Source of the DNA: Nitrospirota bacterium
Lineage (GTDB): Bacteria; Nitrospirota; Thermodesulfovibrionia; UBA6902
Direction of reading: 5' to 3'
Length of the DNA stretch: 64,000 nucleotides
Assembly: GCA_016214845.1 (NCBI GenBank)
Contig: JACRMS010000028.1
Location: 16,070-80,069, forward strand
Position 1 is the stretch's first letter, and the number at the start of each line of letters is the position of its first letter. The notes under the pieces were generated by a model. It did not search any database. It was not told the origin of the DNA and saw nothing but the letters and a program-made list of their open reading frames with translations. A program made the position numbers and the translations under genes. Below are positions 47,301 through 56,826 of this stretch, in pieces.

Positions 47301-50300
47301 GACGCTCGTAGAGTTGCGCGTCGGCCTCCGAGGCATTGAATTGCCGCAGAAGCACCTGGCCATGTGTCCATGCAAGATCAAAGACGCGGTCCGCGAGGCG
47401 ACGATCATGGTATTTCTGCACAAGGCTTAAAGCTGAATCGCGGGATCCGCCTATGCCGGAGACAATGTCTATTGTGACCGATTCTTCCGGTTCCAGCGTT
47501 ATCCGATACCGGATAGAGACGATCGGATCGAGCACTGAGCCCTCACTGCCCGAGAGAGCACCGGTAAAAAAACCTCCCGCGCCGATCATCGCCTGCGGGC
47601 TGGCGACCGTGTTACCGCGGCCGATGAACTGCATGCGGTCCGTCTCGTAGGAGACTTCTCCTATCTCCGCGCCATGAACGGCCATCAGGTGAAACATCCA
47701 TGGTACGTGCTCTCCCTCAGAGCGTGGACGGCGTGTGCAAAGGATCGCACGCTGCATGCTTATGATCTCTGTCTGAACAAAGAGATTGCTGAATGCCGGA
47801 TGCAGTGCGTCAGCGGCTGGCGGCGCAAGGACCACTTCGGCGTAACTCGTAACATCAAGCGCCCTGCGCGTCCGCGCCCGGTTGGTAATGCGGACCCTGC
47901 GCAGTTCAATATCATCCTCAGGTGAAACAGCGATCTCGGTATGTGTGTCATAGTCGTGGTCCCTGCAGCGGAACTCCGCTTTAGACTCTGAGAAGATCGC
48001 TTCGTAAATGTCCGATTTATTGTCCGGCCGTTTCAGCGCAGGCTGATACGCGGTGGACCAGAACTCTCCGCTCGCAACGTCCCGGAGGTAACAGAACGTC
48101 CCCCAGTTGTCGCGGGTACTGTCTTCGCGCCAGCGTGTAACTGCGAGGTCCTTCCAGCGGCTGTAGCCGCCCCCGGCGTTCGTGATCATTACGTGGTATC
48201 TGCCGTTGGAGAGCAGCTGCACTTCCGGGTTTGAGGTATCAGGAGTGTTAAAAACGCGCACGGGCATTTCCGGCCCGATAAAGGCCGCCTGTATTTCGGA
48301 GAGCTCGGAAGTGTGCGAATAGAAAGCCGTGGCCTTCGGCACCCGCTCCTGAAGCAGCAGCATGGTTGCCTGGAACACCGGGTCCGCCTCGAAACGCTTC
48401 TGCATCGGACGGTCAAGCAGCAGATAGGCCAGAGATAGGAGGCTCATTCCCTGGTGATGCGCCATGAAAGACCGGACCAGCGTGTTTGAATGCCCGCGTC
48501 GTTGGCGTGAAGAAGTGTAGTCGATCGCTTCATAGAAGCCGTACCTCCCTTCAAAACCATCAGCGGCGAGACGCTGCAGGTTCAAGCACGCCTCCTCGGG
48601 CGCGATCATCAGCGCGAGAGTCGAGGCATATGGTGCAATGACGAGGTCCTCGGCGAGTCCGCGTTTCAACCCCAGGCCGGGCACGCCAAACGCGCGATAC
48701 TGGTAGTTGAGATGAACGTCGATCATATTGTAGCTGGATTCCGATATGCCCCACGGAACGCCGCGCTGACTTCCATACTCGATCTGCCTGTTTACCGCGG
48801 CCTTATAGGTCTGGTCCAGCAGCGTGTGTTCGTACGTCGGCATCACCAGAAGCGGCATAAGGTACTCGAACATCGAACCGCTCCACGAAAGGAGGATCGG
48901 CTCTCCGCTCGTAGTGGTGAGCAGGCGTCCAAGGGCGAACCAGTTTTCCTGCGGCAGTTGTCCTTGCGCGATCGCTACGAAACTGCACAATCTCGCTTCC
49001 GAGGCCAGCAGATCATAATAACTTGAATCTCTCCTGCGCTCATCAACGTTGTACCCGATGGTCAGCAGATGACGCGTTTCATCATACAGGAAATCATATT
49101 CCATGCGGGAGAGTTCGCCGCACTGCATTGCAAGCCGTTCAATGGACTGAATTCTTGATTTGGCGCGTTCGCTTGCCTCTGCGTCACGATTTGCCAGTTC
49201 GCGCAGCGTCGGTATCTCATCGATACCTTGAACTGTCGTCGGTACAAGGAACGTCAGCTCATCAAGAGCATTCCGGCATTGATCTGCAAAGGCGCGTGCC
49301 CACCAGTTCATTTCGCTGTCTGGAGAGTTGTCGATGCTGCCGATCAGCTCTTCGGCGGACAATGCCAGCCGCTCAAGGGATGACCGCGCTGCCATAAGCG
49401 ATGCAGACGGAAAATTATACAGGGATTCCATATCCTTCTGAAGTTGTGCGAGCCTGGACGGAACAGCTTTTGCTGTAACGTCCGCGAGAATTCTCAGTGT
49501 GTCGTTGAGTCCGTCAAATAATTTTTCTCCCAATATCTTTTGATCGGGAAGTGTGAGCAGTCCTGTCCGTAATGTCAGAAGGTGAGCGGCGAGGTTCCCG
49601 CTGTCTACCGTTGAAATGTAGGTGGGCGGCAGCGGTTTCAGAGACTGAGTGTCATACCAGTTGTAGAAGTGTCCCCGGTGACGTTCCATGCCTTTCATGG
49701 TGCGCAGCGCATTGTCAGTGCGCTCTATGAGTTGTCCGGCTGAAATGTAACCGAAGTCATACGCGGACAAATTCGCGAGCAATGCGAGTCCCATGTTGGT
49801 CGGCGATGTACGATGAGCGACTGAAGCAATGCGATACTCCTGATAGTTATCGGGAGGCAGCCAGTTATCTTCCGGGCCTACGAAGGTCTCGAAGAACGCC
49901 CATGTCTTTCTGGAAAGCTTCCGGAGAAAGATCGTCTGGTCCTCTGTCAGCCTTGCCCGGCTGCGGGCGAGCGGCTGGCTGATCCACCACGCGGTAACAG
50001 GGGAGGAAAACCAGAGACATAATACAGGCACGGCCACTGGTAGAGCGGCCGGATTCGAAAGCGCCAGATAGATCACCGCTGCAAAGGCAACAAGCGGAGC
50101 GGACCACATCGTCCGGCAGAATGCAGCGATATCTCCCGCATTGCTATCATTGCGGTCCCGGCCGCTGTGCGGATTCCACTCCAAAAGCCGTTTGCGCGTG
50201 ATCAGCATTCTCCCGGTTGAACGAACGATCGCATCCAGCGTGAAGAATGCCTCGTAGGGGAGACACACGAGAGTAAATGCGGCCTGAGCAAAGCGCCAGC

Positions 50301-53001
50301 CGGCGGAGCGCACTGCGGCAGTGAGGTGCTGGACCAGAAGTACATCGTCCGGCTTCTGAAGAAGGTCCATGATGGAGGTGATCAAAGAAGGCATCAGTAT
50401 GATGCCGAGTGCCGACAACGTCCAGAACCATGCAGATGGAAGAACAGTCCAGCCCAGCAGCAACAGAAGTGTTAATGCTGAGGGCTCGAGACTGCGCCGG
50501 AGGTTGTCGAATATCTTCCATCGGGAAAGCAGCGAGAGAGGGTTCTTCTGAAAGTTGGTCCTGAGGCCGGGAACTCCCGGCAGCAGCCAGCGAACGATCT
50601 GCCAATCCCCGCGGATCCAGCGGTGACGGCGGCTTACGTCTTCGCTGTAGCAGGAAGGATATTCCTCATATAACTGCACATCGCTCAACAGCCCTGCCCG
50701 CGCATAGCAACCTTCGATCAGATCGTGACTGAGCATAAGGTTCTCAGGGAGACGTCCGCCCAGCGCCTGCTCGAATGAGGCCACGTCATAGATCCCCTTG
50801 CCGATAAATGAGCCTTCCTGGAAGAGGTCCTGGTAAATATCAGATACGACGCGTGTATACGGATCAATGCCCGGATCACTACCGTACATTCTCGCATACC
50901 TGGATAAGTTCGTGCCGGGCAGGCTCACTGCCACGCGCGGCTGAATTATGCTGTACCCGGCAACGGCCCGCTGCCTGCCTTCGTCGTATTGAGGACGATT
51001 CAGCGGGTGGGCCATTGCTCCCACAAGTTCCCACGCTGAATCGCGCGGCAGCAGTGTATCAGTGTCAAGGGTGATCATATATTTCACATCAGACAGGACC
51101 GCAGTATCACCGACTATGAGCGAAAAGCGTTCTTTTGAGACACCCTGTGCTCCGGCATGCAGAAAGGAATTTAATTCCGCGATCTTCCCCCGCTTGCGCT
51201 CGTAACCCATCCAGACCCGCTCCCGGGGATTCCATCGGCGGGGACGATGAAAGAGGAAGAACGTATCGCTTTTTGCATTCCAGTATTTTTTATTGAGCTC
51301 TTCGGTCCTCTTCCGGGCAAGCTGCAGCAGCGGCCCGTCCTCCGGCAGGGTTTCTTCGTCAGCGTCACGGAAATCAGTTAACAGGCAGAAGTGCAGGTTT
51401 TCGTCCCGGTTTGCCAGGAACCTGACCTCAAGCGCCTCGACCAGGGCCTCGATGTTCTTGGCGCTTGTGAGCAGGGTGGGGACTACTGCCAGTGTGCGCA
51501 ATTCCGGGGGGATACCTTTGGAGAAGTCCATTCGCGGCAGAGGATGCGGTGTCAATATCAACGTGGCGATCCAGTTCACCAGCGCAACCGCTAACTGGCT
51601 CGAGCACAGCAAAGCGAGGATACCGGTCAGCGCAAGCAGCCAGTCATGCAGCCCATCGGCATACGCCTTTGCCAGTAAGCTCCCGGTGAAGATCAATGTG
51701 ATCAGAGTGATAGAGCCAAGATATAGGAACAAAGGAAAACGCGAGATAGATTTTCGAAGGGTCTTAAAGACAGATAAGCGCATTTCTGCCCTCTGCTCAA
51801 GCTGTATCAGTCCCTTGTCTATAAGGTAAAAACCGACGTGCGACGTCCGGTCGCCACTGCCTTTCCCGGCCGCGGCCTCGTGCGCCAATTGAATCGCTTT
51901 ACGTGCCACCTCGCTCTCGGACAACCGGCTGTCCTTCGCGATCTTCTCTACAACGTGGCGGTAACGGTCACGAGTAAAAAAATCCATCCTGCCGTAACCA
52001 CCGGCCGGGTCTTCACGAAGTATCCGGTCAACAACGCTCATCGTCTCGACAAACTCGCGCCAGTCCATCGCACCCAGAAAACGGAGGCTGCCGATGCTGT
52101 TGCTTATGGAGACCTGGTCGGCGGCCTGCTGCTGGTTCTCCGACTGCACCAGCTGCTCAACCGTCTGGCCGTATTCGGAGAGCCGCTGCTCGATCCAGGT
52201 AAGCGGTAATGCGAGGGCAGGCCCCTGTCCCTTCAGCCGCCGCGTAAGTTCCGCGACGAACGAACTCACCATCGGCAGGTCTGAGCGCGCCATATCCGCA
52301 ATCACCAGGATCAGGCTCTTCGGGTCTTTCTCCGCGGTCTCCGTCATCCGGTCCGCCCAATGATCAGCGTTGTTCCGGTCGATCCTGTCAGCGGCGATCC
52401 GGGTTGCAACGCGCCGGAGATTCTCGATCAGCGCCAGACGCAGCATGATGGGTATCGCCCACAATTCACCTAACTTCAGGATAGAGACTGTCTGGTAAGC
52501 GTTCACGAAACTGCTGAGGCTCTCCGGATCTACCCGTCCATCGCCATGTGAGATCGTCTCCAGCGCAATGTCATACACGCGCGGAAGACCGGACGACGGA
52601 CCATTAAGCAGCCGGGGCAGTTCCCGGCTGTAGCCCTTCGGCAAATGCCTCCTGGCCGTGCGGATCTGCTCTTCGATCAGATAGAAGTTGTCGAGCAGCC
52701 ATTCACCTGCCGGTGTGATCCTTCGACCGGCCTTTACCGCTTCTGTAAGCAGATTGCGTACATTAAGCAGGACGCTTTCATTCTCATCCAGCCGTGTCAG
52801 GAGATGCTCCGGTGCATGGTCCGTGCTCAACTTATGAGAGCCCGCGAGAAACTTGCCATGCTGCTCCATCTGATCGCTGCTGAACAGTTCCGCGCGAAGC
52901 GGCGGCTCAGTGTCAGGACACTTTTGTGTACGGCTGTTTCCCTGCAGCCTGGCCCGTAAACTGGACAGGTTTTCAAGAACGCTTTTGCTGCTTAGCTTCA
53001 A
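44359..53001 (-). CDS. ndvB: Cyclic beta-1,2-glucan synthase/phosphorylase (NdvB/ChvB/Cgs family)
   Basis: About 2880 aa; WMGYERKRGK, GKGIYDV, SHDLIEG, RRHRWIRGDWQ, SWSGSMFEYLMP, GH94-type YQSGGAFGFRDQLQD, GDWNDGMN, RENGGQYTH; TTG start at 53001 after AAGGAG (ORF track extends to 53070). Confidence 0.93.
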   Translation of the reverse strand: MKLSSKSVLENLSSLRARLQGNSRTQKCPDTEPPLRAELFSSDQMEQHGKFLAGSHKLSTDHAPEHLLTRLDENESVLLNVRNLLTEAVKAGRRITPAGEWLLDNFYLIEEQIRTARRHLPKGYSRELPRLLNGPSSGLPRVYDIALETISHGDGRVDPESLSSFVNAYQTVSILKLGELWAIPIMLRLALIENLRRVATRIAADRIDRNNADHWADRMTETAEKDPKSLILVIADMARSDLPMVSSFVAELTRRLKGQGPALALPLTWIEQRLSEYGQTVEQLVQSENQQQAADQVSISNSIGSLRFLGAMDWREFVETMSVVDRILREDPAGGYGRMDFFTRDRYRHVVEKIAKDSRLSESEVARKAIQLAHEAAAGKGSGDRTSHVGFYLIDKGLIQLEQRAEMRLSVFKTLRKSISRFPLFLYLGSITLITLIFTGSLLAKAYADGLHDWLLALTGILALLCSSQLAVALVNWIATLILTPHPLPRMDFSKGIPPELRTLAVVPTLLTSAKNIEALVEALEVRFLANRDENLHFCLLTDFRDADEETLPEDGPLLQLARKRTEELNKKYWNAKSDTFFLFHRPRRWNPRERVWMGYERKRGKIAELNSFLHAGAQGVSKERFSLIVGDTAVLSDVKYMITLDTDTLLPRDSAWELVGAMAHPLNRPQYDEGRQRAVAGYSIIQPRVAVSLPGTNLSRYARMYGSDPGIDPYTRVVSDIYQDLFQEGSFIGKGIYDVASFEQALGGRLPENLMLSHDLIEGCYARAGLLSDVQLYEEYPSCYSEDVSRRHRWIRGDWQIVRWLLPGVPGLRTNFQKNPLSLLSRWKIFDNLRRSLEPSALTLLLLLGWTVLPSAWFWTLSALGIILMPSLITSIMDLLQKPDDVLLVQHLTAAVRSAGWRFAQAAFTLVCLPYEAFFTLDAIVRSTGRMLITRKRLLEWNPHSGRDRNDSNAGDIAAFCRTMWSAPLVAFAAVIYLALSNPAALPVAVPVLCLWFSSPVTAWWISQPLARSRARLTEDQTIFLRKLSRKTWAFFETFVGPEDNWLPPDNYQEYRIASVAHRTSPTNMGLALLANLSAYDFGYISAGQLIERTDNALRTMKGMERHRGHFYNWYDTQSLKPLPPTYISTVDSGNLAAHLLTLRTGLLTLPDQKILGEKLFDGLNDTLRILADVTAKAVPSRLAQLQKDMESLYNFPSASLMAARSSLERLALSAEELIGSIDNSPDSEMNWWARAFADQCRNALDELTFLVPTTVQGIDEIPTLRELANRDAEASERAKSRIQSIERLAMQCGELSRMEYDFLYDETRHLLTIGYNVDERRRDSSYYDLLASEARLCSFVAIAQGQLPQENWFALGRLLTTTSGEPILLSWSGSMFEYLMPLLVMPTYEHTLLDQTYKAAVNRQIEYGSQRGVPWGISESSYNMIDVHLNYQYRAFGVPGLGLKRGLAEDLVIAPYASTLALMIAPEEACLNLQRLAADGFEGRYGFYEAIDYTSSRQRRGHSNTLVRSFMAHHQGMSLLSLAYLLLDRPMQKRFEADPVFQATMLLLQERVPKATAFYSHTSELSEIQAAFIGPEMPVRVFNTPDTSNPEVQLLSNGRYHVMITNAGGGYSRWKDLAVTRWREDSTRDNWGTFCYLRDVASGEFWSTAYQPALKRPDNKSDIYEAIFSESKAEFRCRDHDYDTHTEIAVSPEDDIELRRVRITNRARTRRALDVTSYAEVVLAPPAADALHPAFSNLFVQTEIISMQRAILCTRRPRSEGEHVPWMFHLMAVHGAEIGEVSYETDRMQFIGRGNTVASPQAMIGAGGFFTGALSGSEGSVLDPIVSIRYRITLEPEESVTIDIVSGIGGSRDSALSLVQKYHDRRLADRVFDLAWTHGQVLLRQFNASEADAQLYERLAGSIIYANSSLRADASILIKNHRGQSGLWGYAISGDLPIVLLQIENIANINLVRQLVQAHAYWRLKGLVVDLVIWNEDHAGYRQLLNDQIMGLIAAGIEANVTDKPGGIFVRPADQISNEDRILFQTVARAIITDSRGSLTDQINRRGPAEITMPLLTPTRTHRSEPPAAAAMPRKDLSFFNGLGGFTPDGREYIITTTPGQVTPAPWVNMLANPHFGTVISESGLSYTWGENAHEFRLTPWCNDPVGDTSGEAFYLRDEERGHYWSPAPLPCRGTTPYVTRHGFGYSVFEHTERGIHSEVWVYSAIDASVKFTVIKVRNESGRPRRLSATGYVEWVLGDLRPKTAMHVITEINSNSGALFARNPYNMEFPGRVAFFDVDDFTRTVSSDRTEFLGRNGTLRNPAAMTRMRLSGKVGAALDPCAAIQVPFDLAEGQEREIIFRLGLGRDTDDAANLVFRFRGPAAARGALDAVWQYWNHTLGAVQVETPDQSVNILTNGWLLYQTLACRIWARSGYYQSGGAFGFRDQLQDMMSLIHAEPGLLRQHLLLCAAHQFKEGDVQHWWHPPSGRGVRTRCSDDFLWLPLAASRYVMSTGDTGVLDELIHFIEGRQVNADEDSYYDLPIRSEQTASLYDHCVQAIMKGLNFGERGLPLIGSGDWNDGMNMVGEHGKGESIWLGFFLYKVLMQFTEIARLREDLPVAELCLKEAAHLRSNIEQNGWDGEWYLRAFFDDGSPLGSAGNSECQIDSIAQSWSVLSGAGDAKRSAMAMEALDKRLVRREHRLIQLLDPPFDKSDLNPGYIKGYVPGVRENGGQYTHAAIWAAMAFAKSGDSRRAWELLTMINPVGHSRSREEVEIYKVEPYVVAADVYAVSPHTGRGGWTWYTGSAGWLYRLIMESLLGLKLEVDKLRFAPCIPAEWESFKVHYRYRETLYHITVLQTHNGSVGSGVTVDGVEQPDNSIPLVDDQQEHMVEVRIHVAEG

Positions 53002-53022
53002 GTTTAAGGTCTCCTTATGAGA

Positions 53023-53052
53023 AGTAGGGGCGTATTGCCATACGCCCCTACT
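53023..53052. repeat. GTAG-type REP palindrome
   Basis: agtaggggcgtattgccatacgcccctact. Confidence 0.75.
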
Positions 53053-53371
53053 CATTAAATGGAATAGCAATCAGGGTGGTGTTTGACTGTTCCTCCATGG
53101 TGGCCGGTGTTATGTTGTAGTGTTATCATTATAGCAGAATAGCAGATTGCTATCTTGAAAGCTGCGGTCCGAAGGGGCGAACAGCCCGTCCGGCGCTGGT
53201 AGTGGGTCAGTTTGAAATTTGAGGGGAAATTAAAAAGTTATTTACATTCTTCAAGATATTTAAAATAGTCAGAACGACTCATTTTTGCTGTATGCATCAA
53301 GTTAATAATAATATCTTCATCCCGGCGCTGCCCTCTTTGAAATTTCTCGCAATAGAGTTTAATCTATCCTG

Positions 53372-53704
53372 ATGGCAAAACCTGAATTTGAACAGTTCGG
53401 AATAACGAAAGAACAGTTTGATTCCATTTACGCAAAAAAAGAAAAAATTCGGAATTACACTTTCGGGATTAGTTCAGCAGCCGGCATCCTTGCGGGATGT
53501 ATGTACGGCATATACCTGTCGTATGGTGTTTATGAAACTATATTGTTTATTCTCTTCTTCGGCTGCTTCCTCGGCAGTATCTTCGGAGGGGTCTTCACCA
53601 TGATCGTAATTGCGCTGTATGTCTTTCTCCTCTATATCTTCTCCCCGGCCTACAGAAGATGCAGACAATATCTCGCCGCAAAATCCAAAGCGAGGCCAGC
53701 TTAA
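53372..53704 (+). CDS. Hypothetical membrane protein
   Basis: 110 aa with 2-3 hydrophobic segments; no family recognised. Confidence 0.6.
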   Translation: MAKPEFEQFGITKEQFDSIYAKKEKIRNYTFGISSAAGILAGCMYGIYLSYGVYETILFILFFGCFLGSIFGGVFTMIVIALYVFLLYIFSPAYRRCRQYLAAKSKARPA

Positions 53705-53858
53705 CATCAGACAATTGCAAGGTTAGCCCCTCTATCTTTTTTTCTTCTTGAAAAGTAAACGGTTACATAGTTATGATATTGCATAACCTAATTTAAACTT
53801 TTTAATCAGAGGGGACTGTTGAATTCAATACTTGCCATGCATATTTTTAATATTAATT

Positions 53859-53915
53859 AAAGTTCCCAAATAGTGAACTTTTAACTTGACATGATAATGG
53901 GAACTTTATTATATT
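53859..53915 (+). promoter_or_regulatory. Sigma70-type promoter with inverted-repeat operator for the higBA operon
   Basis: TTGACA at 53886-53891, TATATT at 53910-53915; AAAGTTCCCA (53859) and TGGGAACTTT (53898) inverted repeats flank the -35. Confidence 0.6.
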
Positions 53916-53958
53916 ATTTACATGGAAGGTAGATTTCACAAGTTAATAAGGAAACTGA

Positions 53959-54243
53959 ATGACGTTAGTAGGCCGGGAAAAACTATACCAGTTCATTACC
54001 AAGCATCCAGATACTCGTAGTTTGATAGAGAATTGGATAGCAGATGTTCAAAACGCTAACTGGCAAAACACACAGGATGTCAAGGATCGATATTCAAGCG
54101 CCAGTTTCTTGGCTGATAGAATAGTGATCTTTAATGTAAGAGGTAATAGTTATAGGCTTGAGGTCCAAATTGCTTATAAAACCAAAAAGGTCATTGTGAA
54201 ATGGGCAGGGACACATGCTGAGTATTCAAAAAGATTTAAGTAG
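53959..54243 (+). CDS. higB: Type II toxin HigB family (RelE-like mRNA interferase)
   Basis: W.....A.W....DVK..Y..AS....RIVIFNVRGNSYRL...GTHAEY. Confidence 0.9.
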   Translation: MTLVGREKLYQFITKHPDTRSLIENWIADVQNANWQNTQDVKDRYSSASFLADRIVIFNVRGNSYRLEVQIAYKTKKVIVKWAGTHAEYSKRFK

Positions 54244-54258
54244 CTCTAACCAGGACAA

Positions 54259-55464
54259 ATGAAAATGGAACCGAAAATTATTAAAACAGAAATAAATTAC
54301 AAACAAACGCTCGCCGAAGTCGAACGCTTAATCGCGCTCGATCCTGAACCAGGAACTCCGGAAGCGGACCGTTTGGATTTATTTTCATTGCTTGTAGAAA
54401 ATTATGAAAAAGAACATTTCCTCTTCAATTTACCAAGCCCTATAGATGCAATCAACTTTAGAATTGAAGAGCAGGGATTGAAACAAAAAGACTTGATTCC
54501 ATATATTGGCAGCAAAAGCAAGGTTTCTGAAGTATTATCCGGGAAACGGCCTCTGACTATTCAAATGATTAGAGAGCTTCATAAAGGTTTAGACATACCC
54601 GCTGAAGTTTTACTGCAAGATATCCATAAGCCAAAAACAAACAAGTCGTTTGAAAAAGATTGGAATAAATTTCCAGTTAAAGAAATGGTTAAGCGTGGCT
54701 GGATTACCACAAAATATCGTGATTTGGATGCTCATGCAGAAGAGTTAATGAAGCAGTTTTTCGCTCCTCTGGGGGGTGAAATTCCGAGCGTTGCAATTTG
54801 CCGGCGTACAATACACAAAAGGGCTAAGCAAGAGACAGATATGAATGCTCTTTTAGTATGGACCGCCCGCGTAATGATCAGGGCACATGAAGAATGTTGC
54901 CCGTCAGAATTTTTTCCTGGGACTGTGACAAAAGATTTCTTGAGAGAGGTTGCTCGGTTAAGTTGTTTTGATAAAGGCCCATTATTAGCCAAAGAATTTT
55001 TAGAGAAACATGGCATAGCCCTCATTATCGAGCCACATTTACCCAAGACATTACTTGATGGTGGTTCAATGCTAACAGATGCTGGCGGGCCAGTAATAGG
55101 GCTTACTATCCGACATGATCGGATCGATAATTTCTGGTATACACTTGTTCATGAGTTATTGCATGTGGCTAAACACCTGAAGAATGCGGAGGAAATATTT
55201 ATTGATGATCTTTATTCCGAATCCGGGGAAGATCCTAAAGAAAAGGAAGCAGATAGATTAACAAAAGAAACATTCATTCCACGCTCAATATGGATTAGGA
55301 GCGATGCTTATCTTAAAAGAAGTCCTGGCGCGATCATACAACTTGCAAAAGAATTGCGAATTCACCCTGCGATCGTTGCAGGCAGAATTCGTTGGGATAC
55401 AGGGAATTATACGCTTTTCAATCAATTAATTGGACAAGGTGAAGTCAAGAAATTATTCATATAA
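54259..55464 (+). CDS. higA: HigA-type HTH antitoxin fused to ImmA/IrrE-like metallopeptidase domain
   Basis: PIDAINFRIEEQGLKQKDL..YIGSKSKVSEVLSGKRPLT; RHDRIDNFWYTLVHELLH (HExxH), EKEAD. Confidence 0.88.
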   Translation: MKMEPKIIKTEINYKQTLAEVERLIALDPEPGTPEADRLDLFSLLVENYEKEHFLFNLPSPIDAINFRIEEQGLKQKDLIPYIGSKSKVSEVLSGKRPLTIQMIRELHKGLDIPAEVLLQDIHKPKTNKSFEKDWNKFPVKEMVKRGWITTKYRDLDAHAEELMKQFFAPLGGEIPSVAICRRTIHKRAKQETDMNALLVWTARVMIRAHEECCPSEFFPGTVTKDFLREVARLSCFDKGPLLAKEFLEKHGIALIIEPHLPKTLLDGGSMLTDAGGPVIGLTIRHDRIDNFWYTLVHELLHVAKHLKNAEEIFIDDLYSESGEDPKEKEADRLTKETFIPRSIWIRSDAYLKRSPGAIIQLAKELRIHPAIVAGRIRWDTGNYTLFNQLIGQGEVKKLFI

Positions 55465-55490
55465 GGATTTAAGAATTTTGGTGAATTAAA

Positions 55491-55853
55491 ATGTTTGACT
55501 ATAATCATTATGTTCCAATACTAAAAGCAAAAGATGGTGAATTCGGTGCGTTATTAGAACTTCCGGAAGAAATCAAGAGCAGAATAACTCCATTAATTGA
55601 TATCTTTAATTCTGAATCCGAAATTTCATTAGAAAAGCGTCTGATTAAAATTGCACATAAAATAGAAACTTCATGGGGAAATACTCGCCCTATTTTTATA
55701 GACCCATTCGGGATTAACTTGAAAGAACGAGTTTTGGGAGGCAAACATCCTTTAACCTTTATTTTTGACCTCTTGAGAAAGCTTAATATCAAGGCTATTC
55801 CATTAACGGGATTTGAGAGAGATGAGGCTCTTATACCTAAAGACTGGCTCTAA
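55491..55853 (+). pseudogene. Truncated beta-family protein (N-terminal part)
   Basis: YVPILKAKDGEFGAL..L...IKSRITPLID N-terminal motif; ends after 120 aa, much shorter than I expect for the family. Confidence 0.6.
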
Positions 55854-55968
55854 GCTATTGCTGACATCCTCCTCAAAAACCTACTAATACATATCTTGAA
55901 CAACAAGGAGTCTTGCATCTTGAATTCTAAAAAAGATCAAACATATGGAAGCGTGAAAGAGCCATGCT

Positions 55969-56826
55969 TTATATCTTTTCAAGCTCCTGGTTCCTGATCC
56001 ACCCGCTCTTGCCGTCGAATCTCTCTACTTTGCTCCAGTCGTGTTTTGATTCGAGGATGAAGATCTTCATGCCTTCATAGAGGGTGAAATGTGTGGTGGC
56101 GTTATCCAGCGGTTCAAATTTTGCCTCCGCGTTTTTTGAAACGACAATCGCCTCGCTGTCAAGCACCATCACCCTGCTGTACAAAGAGAACGTGCTTAAC
56201 AGAAAAATTACCGATAGAACGCCAAGCATTATCAGCAAATATCTTTTGACAGCAGGGAAGAAAATGATCGCGATAAAGATCGCCAAGATCAAAACGTACA
56301 CAGCGGATACGAATATGGTCAACCCGTTTATTGTTAGACCGCTGAATATGCCCGATATCTTTTCTGTCATTGACGCGGAGGACTGCTGCCCGGTATTTTC
56401 CGTTCTCGACAGGGCGTAATTATAATTTGATCTCAGGTCGCTGTCGTCCGGCATAAGTCTCTTTGCCCTTTCATAATTTAAGATGGCCCTGCCCGTCTCA
56501 CCTTTTTTGAAATAACTGTTTCCGAGATTGAAATATAGATTTCCGCTTTCAACCCCCTGAGCAAGCAGTCTGGAGTACTCCCTTATAGCCTCATCATATT
56601 TGCCGCTCTCATAAAGCTGGTTGCCGTTTTTAAAGATGGATGACGGGTCGTTATCCGCGAAAGCACCTGAGACAAGAGACGCTATGAAAGCAAGCAGAGC
56701 AAGGAAAATTATTACCCGCAAAGTCCCCCTCTCCCTGACCCTCTCCCGAAAGAGGCGAGGGAATTTAACTTCCACGCTTTTGAACTTTTGCTCTTTAGCT
56801 CTTTTGTGCTTCTGCACTTCTCTCAC
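55969..56826 (-). CDS. batE: BatE-like TPR + SH3 protein
   Basis: GNQLYESGKYDEAI, LYFNLGNSYFK, AILNYERA, FTLYEGMKI...W.KV...GKSGWI; N-terminus repeat-derived. Confidence 0.82.
   Translation of the reverse strand: MREVQKHKRAKEQKFKSVEVKFPRLFRERVRERGTLRVIIFLALLAFIASLVSGAFADNDPSSIFKNGNQLYESGKYDEAIREYSRLLAQGVESGNLYFNLGNSYFKKGETGRAILNYERAKRLMPDDSDLRSNYNYALSRTENTGQQSSASMTEKISGIFSGLTINGLTIFVSAVYVLILAIFIAIIFFPAVKRYLLIMLGVLSVIFLLSTFSLYSRVMVLDSEAIVVSKNAEAKFEPLDNATTHFTLYEGMKIFILESKHDWSKVERFDGKSGWIRNQELEKI
56723..56825. repeat. REP-like hairpin plus octamer array in the batE 5' end
   Basis: ccctctccctgaccctctcccgaaagaggcgaggg followed by ...cttttgaacttttgctctttagctcttttgtgcttctgcacttct. Confidence 0.65.

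Noticed and set aside
44374..52959. Numerous short ORFs within the glucan synthase gene
   Set aside because: Shadow ORFs expected in GC-rich coding sequence; the same applies to antisense ORFs over nuo and bat genes
53002..53070. Extended N-terminus of the glucan synthase from 53070
   Set aside because: It runs through a REP palindrome; a good AAGGAG RBS precedes the TTG at 53001
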